Part shown: piece by piece, positions 19,695 to 27,978 of the stretch | Layout: every line of letters starts with the position of its first letter | Numbering within the stretch: position 1 is the first letter of the stretch | NCBI GenBank assembly: GCA_014251975.1 | Contig: CP059204.1 | Coordinates: forward strand, 210,001-242,000 | Length of the DNA stretch: 32,000 nt | Reading direction: 5' to 3' | Source of the DNA: Blattabacterium cuenoti | GTDB taxonomy: Bacteria > Bacteroidota > Bacteroidia > Flavobacteriales > Blattabacteriaceae | Notes under the pieces: generated by a model | Database searches by the model: none | What the model saw: the letters and a program-made list of their open reading frames with translations, nothing else | Told to the model about the DNA's origin: nothing | Translations under genes and position numbers: made by a program

Positions 19695-20764
19695 ATGAAA
19701 TATGAAAAATATTTTTTTATAAAAAAAAATATTTTTTAGAGTTAAATGGAGAAATTATAAAAACAAGTAATTCAAATATTGCTTTAATTAAATATTGGGG
19801 TAAATGTAAAAACAAAATACAAATACCAATTAATCCTTCTATAAGTTTTTTATTAAACAAATTATATACTACTACAAAATTAATTTTTTATCCTAAAAAA
19901 GGTAGTGAAGTATATTCTGTAAAAATTTTTTTTTCTGGTAAAGAAAATAAGAAATTTTTGCCTAAAATATTATTATTTTTTGATAGAATTTTATTATACT
20001 GTCCATATATAAAATATTATAATTTTATTATAAAAACTTTTAATACATTTCCACATAGTAGTGGTTTAGCTTCTTCTGCATCTTTTATGAGTTCTTTAGC
20101 TCTATGTATAATTGAAATGGAAAATAAATGTGTTTTTTCGTATAAAAAAAATATATTTAACAATCTAAAAAAAGCTTCTTTTATAGCAAGATTAGGATCA
20201 GGTAGTGCTTGTAGATCTATTTATCCTGGATTTTCTGTATGGGGGTATCATAAATCAATAAAAGGTAGTAATAATCTATATTCTATTAAATATCCTTATA
20301 AAATACATTCTATTTACAAAAATATAATGGATACTATTTTAATAATAGAAAAAAACCCTAAGCATATATCAAGTACTGAAGGTCATGAATTAATGAATAA
20401 TAATCCCTATACCAAAGGTCGTATTATACAAGCTAATAAAAATATGAATAATATAATTAATATTTTAAAAGAAGGAAATTTTAAAAAATTTGGATATATA
20501 ATAGAAAATGAAGCGTTAAGTTTACATGCTATGATAATGTCTTCTACTCCTTATTATTTATATATTACACCAAATACACTAAATATAATATATAAAATAT
20601 GGGATTTTAGAAAGAAAAGTAATAAAAATATTTATTTTACTTTGGATGCTGGAGCAAATATTCATTTATTATATCCTTTTAAAGAAAAAAAAATAATTTT
20701 AAAATGGATTTATAACAATTTATTTTCTCTTTGTAAAGAGATAATTATTAGTTACTCTTGTTAA
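19695..20764 (+). pseudogene. mvaD: Diphosphomevalonate decarboxylase (GHMP kinase family), interrupted by a frameshift in an A9 tract (19721-19729)
   Basis: The ATG at 19695 gives MKYEKYFFIKKNIF, then a stop at 19737-19739. The downstream frame is open from 19706 and encodes ..LELNGEIIKTSNSNIALIKYWGK..NPSISF.. and later the GHMP motif SSGLASSAS. That frame has no ATG, GTG or TTG before the TTG at 19958. One extra A restores a 356-aa protein. Confidence 0.85.
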
Positions 20765-20807
20765 ATAAAATAGTTTTTAGTAAATTGCATATATTTTCAT
20801 AACTAGT

Positions 20808-20881
20808 GGTGGATGTAGCTCAGTTGGTAGAGCATCAGATTGTGGTTCTGAGTAGCGCCGGTTCGATCCCGGTCATCCACC
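20808..20881 (+). tRNA. tRNA-His (anticodon GUG) with genome-encoded G-1
   Basis: Folded by hand. G-1 at 20808, acceptor GTGGATG/CATCCAC, D arm GCTC-AGTTGGTA-GAGC, anticodon arm TCAGA-TTGTGGT-TCTGA with GTG at 20842-20844, T arm GCCGG-TTCGATC-CCGGT, discriminator C. Confidence 0.92.
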
Positions 20882-20901
20882 CACCCTAAATAAAACTATG
20901 T

Positions 20902-22092
20902 TTATATTAAAATTTTCTTTATTCTTTTAAAAGCTTCTATAATTTTTTTTTCGGAAGATGAATAAGATATACGTAAACATTCTGGCTCTCCAAAAGCACT
21001 TCCACTTACAGTAGCTACTTTAGCCTTTTCAAGTAAAAATTCAGAAAATTGATCTGAATTAGTAATTATTTTGCCAAATAATTTTTTACCAAAAAAATTA
21101 GAAATATTTGGGAAAATATAAAATGCACCTTTAGGTATATTCCATTTTAAACCTGGTATTTCCTTAATCATTTTTAAGACTATATCTCTTCTATTTTTAA
21201 ATTTGTTTATCATATATTTAATACTATTAGGAGATGCTTTTAATGCTGCTATTGCAGATCTTTGTGCTATAGAATTAGCACATGATGTCATCTGTCCTTG
21301 TATCTTATCACAAGACTTTGCAATCCATTTAGGCGCTCCTATATAACCTATCCTCCATCCAGTCATAGAAAAAGATTTAGATAATCCATTCAACGTTATA
21401 ACTTGAGGATAAATTTCAGAAAAACTAGCTATACTAGTTGGAGTATTTTTAGAATAACAAATATGTTCATAAATTTCATCAGATAAAATTAATATTTTAG
21501 GATATTTTTTAAAAACTTTTGATAAATTTTTTAATTCTTCATAAGAATATACACTACCTGTGGGATTGCAAGGGGTGCTAAAAATAAATAATTTTGTTTT
21601 AGAAGTTATTGATTTCTCTAATTGTTTTGGACAAACTTTAAAATTATTATCAATTTTTGTAGGGATTATAATAGGATTTGATTCACAAAATTTTACCATT
21701 TGTACATAACTTACCCAATAAGGTGATGGTATTATAACTTCATCGTTTTTATTAAGTAAAGATAATAAAACATTTATTATAGATTGTTTAGCTCCAGTAG
21801 ATACTACTATTTGAGAAGGAAAATACTTCAAATTATTGTCACGTTTAAATTTTTCGCATATTGCCTCTTTTAAATCTATGTAACCAGAAACTGGAGTGTA
21901 GTAATGGTATCCATCATCAATTGCTTTTTTAGCCGCATTTAAAACAAATTTAGGAGGATAAAAATCTGGTTCACCTAAACTAAGATTAATTACATCGAAA
22001 CCTTTATTTATTAAATTTCTTGCTTTAGTTGCCATAGCTATAGTTTGTGAATAAGCCATATTTTGCAAACGATAGGACAATCTATTTTTCAT
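20902..22092 (-). CDS. Pyridoxal-phosphate-dependent aminotransferase, class I (aspartate aminotransferase-like)
   Basis: PLP-lysine motif SKSFSMTGWRIGY, plus TPCNPTGSVY and LSLGEPDF. Length is 396 aa. Confidence 0.88.
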   Translation of the reverse strand: MKNRLSYRLQNMAYSQTIAMATKARNLINKGFDVINLSLGEPDFYPPKFVLNAAKKAIDDGYHYYTPVSGYIDLKEAICEKFKRDNNLKYFPSQIVVSTGAKQSIINVLLSLLNKNDEVIIPSPYWVSYVQMVKFCESNPIIIPTKIDNNFKVCPKQLEKSITSKTKLFIFSTPCNPTGSVYSYEELKNLSKVFKKYPKILILSDEIYEHICYSKNTPTSIASFSEIYPQVITLNGLSKSFSMTGWRIGYIGAPKWIAKSCDKIQGQMTSCANSIAQRSAIAALKASPNSIKYMINKFKNRRDIVLKMIKEIPGLKWNIPKGAFYIFPNISNFFGKKLFGKIITNSDQFSEFLLEKAKVATVSGSAFGEPECLRISYSSSEKKIIEAFKRIKKILI

Positions 22093-22160
22093 AAAAAGTA
22101 ATTTTAAAATAAAAATATAAATCTATATTATAAATTTGTATAAATAAAAAATTTTATAAA

Positions 22161-22771
22161 ATGAAATTAATAATGAAATATTTCCCAAATTTATTACATA
22201 GACAAATTAATCAATTTTCTTATTTGATCTATTTATACGAATATTGGAATAATTTTATTAATCTTATTTCTAAAAAAACTTTTAATAATTTTTATCAAAA
22301 TCATGTATTATATTCTTTAAGCGTAGCTAAAATAATAACTTTTTGTCCTGGAGAATGTGTAATGGATTTAGGAACTGGTGGAGGTTTCCCAGGTATACCT
22401 TTGTCTATTTTATACCCTAAAACAAATTTTATTTTAGTTGATTCTATAAAAAAAAAATTAAAATTGTAGAAAAAATAATATATAATCTTAATTTAAAAAA
22501 TGTATATCCTATTTGTATTAGAGCAGAAAAAATAGATTATAAATTTGATTTTGTGGTTACTAGATATGTATCAAAAATAAATATTATAGATTCTTGGATA
22601 AAAGATAAATTCAAAAAATGTAATTATAAAAATGGATCTTTATATTTAAAAGGTGGGAATATAGATAAAGAAATTAGTAAATTTCCTTATTCTATAGTAT
22701 ATCCATTAAATAATTATTTTGAAGAAAAATTTTTTGAAACTAAAAAAATTATATGGATACCAAACATATAA
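22161..22771 (+). pseudogene. rsmG: 16S rRNA (guanine527-N7)-methyltransferase RsmG (GidB), interrupted by a frameshift in an A10 tract (22448-22457)
   Basis: The first ORF carries the SAM motif DLGTGGGFPGIPLSI and LVDSIKKK, then stops at 22467-22469. The conserved continuation KIVEKIIYNLNLKNVYPICIRAEKIDYKFDFVVTRYV (RAE at 22520-22528) is read in the frame of the second track ORF. One extra A gives a 203-aa RsmG. Confidence 0.88.
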
Positions 22772-23736
22772 AATACTTAATAAATCTTGAAGATATTATT
22801 ATAAAAAAAATTAAAATAAAAGGAGGTTGGGTAAATACACATTCTCATTTGGATAGAGCTTATACTTTAACAAATAAAAATTTTAGATATTCTTATTATC
22901 CACTTAAAAAAAAATGGTATTTAGTTGATGAAATGAAGCGTTTAGCTACAGAAGAAGATATATATATTAGGATGGAAAAAGCTTTGAAATATTTTATTTA
23001 TCAGGGGACTCAAGCTATATGTACGTTTATTGACGTTGATGAAGTTATAGAAGATAGATCTTTAAAAGCTGCAGAAAGACTCAAAAAAAATTATAATAAA
23101 TATATTAAAATTTGTTTTGCAAACCAAGTTTTAAAAGGTGTATTAAATAAAAAATCTAAATATTGGTTTGAAAAAGCAATAGATTTTGTAGATATAATTG
23201 GTGGATTGCCAGCAAAAGATAATTATAAAAAAAATGAGCATATAGACGTCTTGTTAAGAACTGCAAAAAAAATGGATAAAATAGTGCATGTTCATGTAGA
23301 TCAATTTAACAATAATAAAGAAATAGAAACAGAAATATTAGCTAAAAAAACTATAGAATATGGTATGGAAGGGAAAGTAGTCGCAATACATAGTATATCT
23401 TTAGCATCACATAAAAAGGATTATAGATATAATGTATATAAATTAATGAAAAAAGCTGAATTAATGGTAATCTCCTGTCCAATTGCTTGGATAGATCATA
23501 TAAGAAACGAAAATTTAGTTCCTAGTCATAATTCTATTACACCTATAGATGAAATGATCCCAGAGGGTATTATTGTGGCTTTAGGGACTGATAATATTTG
23601 TGATATATATAAACCATTTTCAAATGGAAATTTATGGATTGAATTACGTTTTTTATTAGAATCTTGTCATTATTATAATATAAATAATTTAGTTAATATT
23701 GCATCAATTAATGGATTAAAAGTTTTAGGATTATAA
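22753..23736 (+). CDS. Metal-dependent amidohydrolase, cytosine-deaminase (CodA)-like TIM-barrel core
   Basis: Collinear with E. coli CodA as recalled from memory: THSHLD (HxH), IIGGLP, VHVHVDQ, AIHSISL, and ALGTDNICDIYKPFSNGNLW versus FGHDDVFDPWYPLGTANML. The start overlaps the rsmG 3' end by 19 nt. Confidence 0.72.
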   Translation: MDTKHIKYLINLEDIIIKKIKIKGGWVNTHSHLDRAYTLTNKNFRYSYYPLKKKWYLVDEMKRLATEEDIYIRMEKALKYFIYQGTQAICTFIDVDEVIEDRSLKAAERLKKNYNKYIKICFANQVLKGVLNKKSKYWFEKAIDFVDIIGGLPAKDNYKKNEHIDVLLRTAKKMDKIVHVHVDQFNNNKEIETEILAKKTIEYGMEGKVVAIHSISLASHKKDYRYNVYKLMKKAELMVISCPIAWIDHIRNENLVPSHNSITPIDEMIPEGIIVALGTDNICDIYKPFSNGNLWIELRFLLESCHYYNINNLVNIASINGLKVLGL

Positions 23737-23741
23737 TTATT

Positions 23742-25229
23742 TTAAAATTTATACTCTTGTTCTTGTTTCATTTGAGGAAATAAAAGTACTTCTTGTATTG
23801 ATTTATTATTAGTTAATAACATAACTAAACGATCTATACCAATTCCTATACCTGCAGTTGGTGGCATACCGTACTCCAATGCTCTAATAAAATCTTTATC
23901 AATTAACATTGAGTAATTCTTAAAAATTTTTTTTTCATTATTAATTTGTTTTTTAAATCTATCTAATTGATCAATAGGATCGTTTAGTTCTGAATATGCG
24001 TTAGCTATTTCTTGTCCATTTATTATTAATTCAAAACGTTCTGATAAATTTTTATTGTCACGATGTTTTTTGGTTAGTGGACTCATTTCTATTGGATAAT
24101 CAATTATAAAAGTAGGATCTGTATAATTTTTTTTACATTTTTCTTCAAAAATATTTTCAATAAGTTTATTTTTATCTATATTATTATTTTCTTTTATATT
24201 TAATTTTCTACAAATTTTTATTATATTATTTTTATCCATATTATTTAAATCAAACCCAGTATATTCTTTTATAGATTCTAATATAGTAATTCGTTTAAAA
24301 GGGGCTTTGTAACAAATATTTTTGAATATTTTAAAAATATATTTTATAATTTTTTCTGTAAAATTCATCATCCAATAATAATCTTTATATGCGACATATA
24401 ATTCTAAAACAGTAAATTCAGGATTATGATTACGATCCATCCCTTCATTTCTAAAATTCTTAGAAAACTCATAAACTCCATGAAATCCTCCTACAATCAA
24501 TCTTTTTAAATATAATTCATTAGCTATTCTTAGATATAAAGGTATATTTAAAGAATTATGATGTGTAACAAATGGTCTAGCTATTGCACCTCCAGGTATT
24601 AATTGTAATATTGGAGTATCTACTTCTATATATCCTTTTACATCTAAAAAATTTTTTATTTTTTTTATAATTTTAGTTCGTTTAAAAAAAATGTCCTTTA
24701 TATTATCATTTACAATTAAATCTACATAACGCATTCTATAACGATGTTCTACATTTGAAAATATGTCATGTATTATTTTATTTTTATCTTTTTTTACTTG
24801 AGGTAAAGGACGAATAGATTTAGATAATATAGTTATTTTGTGTACATAAACTGTTTTTTCATTTTGTTTAGTTTTAAATAAAATACCTATTATACCTATT
24901 ATATCTCCTATATCAAGTAGTTTTTTTATAATAATATTATAAACATCTTTTTTATTAATTCCTTTTGTATACAAATTATATTTATTAAAATAAATTTGTA
25001 TACATCCGGTATGATCTTTAATATTTCCAAATGTTGCCTTACCTAAAATACGCAAACGCATTAATCTTCCTGCAATACTTATTTTATCATTTTCTAAAAA
25101 ATTATTTTTTATTTTTTGGACTGTAGTTGTAATATTATATTCTTTAGAAGGGTATGGATTAATACCTAATTTTCTTAATTTTTCTAATTTTTTAATTCTT
25201 ATTATTTGTTGTTCTGATATATAGGACAT
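23742..25229 (-). CDS. lysS: Lysine--tRNA ligase (class II)
   Basis: N-terminal OB-fold region, plus class II motifs FRNEG, ELNDP and PPTAGIGIGIDRLVMLLT. Confidence 0.96.
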   Translation of the reverse strand: MSYISEQQIIRIKKLEKLRKLGINPYPSKEYNITTTVQKIKNNFLENDKISIAGRLMRLRILGKATFGNIKDHTGCIQIYFNKYNLYTKGINKKDVYNIIIKKLLDIGDIIGIIGILFKTKQNEKTVYVHKITILSKSIRPLPQVKKDKNKIIHDIFSNVEHRYRMRYVDLIVNDNIKDIFFKRTKIIKKIKNFLDVKGYIEVDTPILQLIPGGAIARPFVTHHNSLNIPLYLRIANELYLKRLIVGGFHGVYEFSKNFRNEGMDRNHNPEFTVLELYVAYKDYYWMMNFTEKIIKYIFKIFKNICYKAPFKRITILESIKEYTGFDLNNMDKNNIIKICRKLNIKENNNIDKNKLIENIFEEKCKKNYTDPTFIIDYPIEMSPLTKKHRDNKNLSERFELIINGQEIANAYSELNDPIDQLDRFKKQINNEKKIFKNYSMLIDKDFIRALEYGMPPTAGIGIGIDRLVMLLTNNKSIQEVLLFPQMKQEQEYKF

Positions 25230-25249
25230 ATATTTATTTAATTTAACTA

Positions 25250-25981
25250 ATGAAGTTAGATTTGTTTTTATTATTATATCAAATTTTTAAAGTGAAAAAA
25301 AAGACTATCTTTTTTAAAGACCTTGGTGTAAAAGAATATAAAGTAACTTGGATTTATCAAAAAAAATTACATAATACAATTATAAATAATAAAAATAACA
25401 ATAATATTATTGGATATTTATTATTTGTTGAATATTATAATCATATATACACAATTGGACAAAATTGTAAAAGATATAAGCACCTATTAGTTAGTGAATA
25501 TTTTTTGGATCAAATAAATGCATATTTATATAAAATAGATAGGGGTGGGGATATAACTTACCATGGTCCTGGTCAATTAGTAGTTTATCCAATTTTAGAT
25601 ATGAATTATTTTTTTTTAGATATTCATAAGTATATTAGATATTTAGAGGAAGTTGTAATATATTTTTTATATAAATACTATAAAATTAATGGTATTAGAA
25701 TAAAAGGAAAAACTGGAGTATGGATAATAAATAATAAACAATTAAGAAAAATATGTTCAATAGGTATAAAAATTAAAAGATGGACTACTATGCATGGTCT
25801 TTCTTTAAATGTTAACCCCAACTTAAAATATTTTGACTACATAATACCTTGTGGTATTTCAGATTGTAAAATGACATCTATGAAAAAAGAATTATATATC
25901 AACATATCTTTTAAAGAAGTTAAATATTTATTAAAACAGTCTTTTGAAAACATTTTTAATATAGAATGTATTTCAAATTAA
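25250..25981 (+). CDS. lipB: Lipoyl(octanoyl) transferase
   Basis: Motifs RGGDITYHGPGQLVVYPIL and IKIKRWTTMHGLSLNV. The start is uncertain. An in-frame GTG at 25292 (VKKKTIFFKDLGVKEY) fits the usual LipB N-terminus better and would leave 62 bp rather than 20 bp to divergent lysS. Confidence 0.9.
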   Translation: MKLDLFLLLYQIFKVKKKTIFFKDLGVKEYKVTWIYQKKLHNTIINNKNNNNIIGYLLFVEYYNHIYTIGQNCKRYKHLLVSEYFLDQINAYLYKIDRGGDITYHGPGQLVVYPILDMNYFFLDIHKYIRYLEEVVIYFLYKYYKINGIRIKGKTGVWIINNKQLRKICSIGIKIKRWTTMHGLSLNVNPNLKYFDYIIPCGISDCKMTSMKKELYINISFKEVKYLLKQSFENIFNIECISN

Positions 25982-27292
25982 TTTTTTTACAATAACTATA
26001 CCATCTTTATTGTCAATTTTATTTAAAACAACATTTTGTAATGTATTTCTATATAAAATACTTATTTTATTTATACGTATTTTAGCTCTAATATAATTTT
26101 CTGTATATCCATATAGATAATTTTTATCTGATGAAAATTTTTCAAATAATACTGTTTTTTTTGTAAATAATTGATTTTTGCAAAAAAAAATATATTTTTT
26201 GTTAGAAAGTAATCTTAGAATTTTATTTCTCTTTTTTTTTATTTTTATATTGCAAATTCCATTAGTAATTGACGAAGATAAAGTATTTTGTCTAGAAGAA
26301 TAAGTAAAAATATGAATAGATGATATATCTAATTCTTCTAAAAAATTATAAGTTTCAATAAAATATTTATATGTTTCTCCAGGATAACCAACTATAACAT
26401 CTGATCCTATATAAGAATATGGCATTAAATATCTTATAAATTTAACTTTTTCTAGAAATAATTCTTTTTTATATCTTCTTCTCATATATCCTAATATTTT
26501 ATTACTACCAGATTGTAAAGGGATATGAAAATGTGGAACAAAAAATTTACTTTTAGATAAAAATTCAATATGTTTATTTTTAAGTAAATTTGGTTCTATA
26601 GAAGATAGTCTAATTCTACCACCTTCTTTTATATTATCTTCTATGCTTTGTATTAAATCAAAAAATGTATATTTAGAATTCCCATTTATTTTTCCATAAT
26701 CACCAATATTTATACCAGTTAAAACTATTTCTTTTATACCTTTTTTAAAAATAATTTTTATTTTATTTAAAATATTACTAATATAATCAGAACGTGATGG
26801 CCCTCTTGATTGAGGTATTATACAATAGCTACATTTATAATCACATCCGTCTTGTATTTTAAGGAAAGATCTAGTTCTATTTTCCCCAATTGAATATGAA
26901 GAGTAATAAGAATAATTTTTTTTATTATTGTACTTTTGTTTATGTTCATAACCATTAACAAAATCTATAATACGATATTTTTCATCATCATTTAAAACTA
27001 AATTTACTCCTATTATAGAATATACTTTTTTAGGATTTAATTGAGCATAACATCCTATTGCTATAATAAAAGCTTTATTATTTTTACTTAATGCACTACG
27101 TATAATACGTTTAAATTCATTTTCAGCATTTTTTGTAACTGAACAACTATTTATTACGTATATATCCGCATATTCTTTAAAGGAAACATGTTGATAATAA
27201 AAATTTGAAAACTTTCTTGATATAGTTGATGTTTCAGCATAGTTAAGTTTGCATCCAATTGTATAAAATGCTACTTTTTTTTTCATTATCAA
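25973..27292 (-). CDS. mtaB: Radical-SAM methylthiotransferase, MtaB-like (tRNA t6A37 methylthiotransferase)
   Basis: UPF0004 domain (FYTIGCKLNYAETS, NSCSVT) and radical SAM cluster motif DGCDYKCSYCIIPQSRG. Length is 439 aa. The subfamily call (MtaB versus MiaB or RimO) is based on N-terminal motif recall. Confidence 0.78.
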   Translation of the reverse strand: MIMKKKVAFYTIGCKLNYAETSTISRKFSNFYYQHVSFKEYADIYVINSCSVTKNAENEFKRIIRSALSKNNKAFIIAIGCYAQLNPKKVYSIIGVNLVLNDDEKYRIIDFVNGYEHKQKYNNKKNYSYYSSYSIGENRTRSFLKIQDGCDYKCSYCIIPQSRGPSRSDYISNILNKIKIIFKKGIKEIVLTGINIGDYGKINGNSKYTFFDLIQSIEDNIKEGGRIRLSSIEPNLLKNKHIEFLSKSKFFVPHFHIPLQSGSNKILGYMRRRYKKELFLEKVKFIRYLMPYSYIGSDVIVGYPGETYKYFIETYNFLEELDISSIHIFTYSSRQNTLSSSITNGICNIKIKKKRNKILRLLSNKKYIFFCKNQLFTKKTVLFEKFSSDKNYLYGYTENYIRAKIRINKISILYRNTLQNVVLNKIDNKDGIVIVKKLI

Positions 27293-27301
27293 CGTTTGTT
27301 A

Positions 27302-27931
27302 TTAAGAATAATAATCTATAATTCCTTTATGACTAGGATTAATTGATTTTTTCCCTTTTTCCCAATTTGCTGGACATACATCACCAGTTTTTTCAAAATA
27401 TTGGATAGAATCTATTATACGTATAGATTCATCAATATTTCTTCCAAAAGGAAAGTCATTAATTGACATATGACGTATAATTCCTTGTTTATCTATTATA
27501 AATAAACCTCTATAAGAAATTAATTCCTTTTTTGTTTCTTTTAAATTTTCATATTCATCTAAGTACCAATCTCCAGATAAAACTCCATAATTATAAGATA
27601 TAGTTTTATTAATATCTGAAACAATAGGATATGTAATACCTTTAATTCCACCCATATTTTTTGGAATTTGTAACCAAGAAAAATGAGATTGTTCTGAATC
27701 TGTAGATACTGCAATTAATTGAACATTTTTTTTATCAAAAAATTTTTTTTTTTCTTGAAATGCATATATTTCTGTAGGACATACAAAAGTAAAATCCTTA
27801 GGATAAAAGAAAAGTAAAATATATTTTTTACCAAAAAATTGTTGCAATGTGAAATTATTTACAATTTCTTTACCGTTTATAACAGCACAAGAATTAAAAT
27901 TAGGTGCTTTTTTTGCTATTAATGTTTTCAT
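27302..27931 (-). CDS. Typical 2-Cys peroxiredoxin (AhpC/Tsa family)
   Basis: Peroxidatic Cys motif FTFVCPTE and resolving Cys motif VCPANW. Confidence 0.92.
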   Translation of the reverse strand: MKTLIAKKAPNFNSCAVINGKEIVNNFTLQQFFGKKYILLFFYPKDFTFVCPTEIYAFQEKKKFFDKKNVQLIAVSTDSEQSHFSWLQIPKNMGGIKGITYPIVSDINKTISYNYGVLSGDWYLDEYENLKETKKELISYRGLFIIDKQGIIRHMSINDFPFGRNIDESIRIIDSIQYFEKTGDVCPANWEKGKKSINPSHKGIIDYYS

Positions 27932-27978
27932 TTTTTTTGAATTTTATTTAATAAAAATTTACAATAAATAAAATTATA

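Noticed and set aside
19958-20764. The 268-aa ORF with a TTG start, taken as a stand-alone gene
   Set aside because: It would lack the conserved N-terminal 85 residues, which are clearly encoded upstream in the same frame (SNIALIKYWGK). It is better explained as the downstream part of a frameshifted decarboxylase gene.
22553-22771. The 72-aa ORF with a GTG start, taken as an independent small protein
   Set aside because: Its frame continues upstream through conserved RsmG sequence, including the RAE motif. It is the C-terminal part of frameshifted rsmG.
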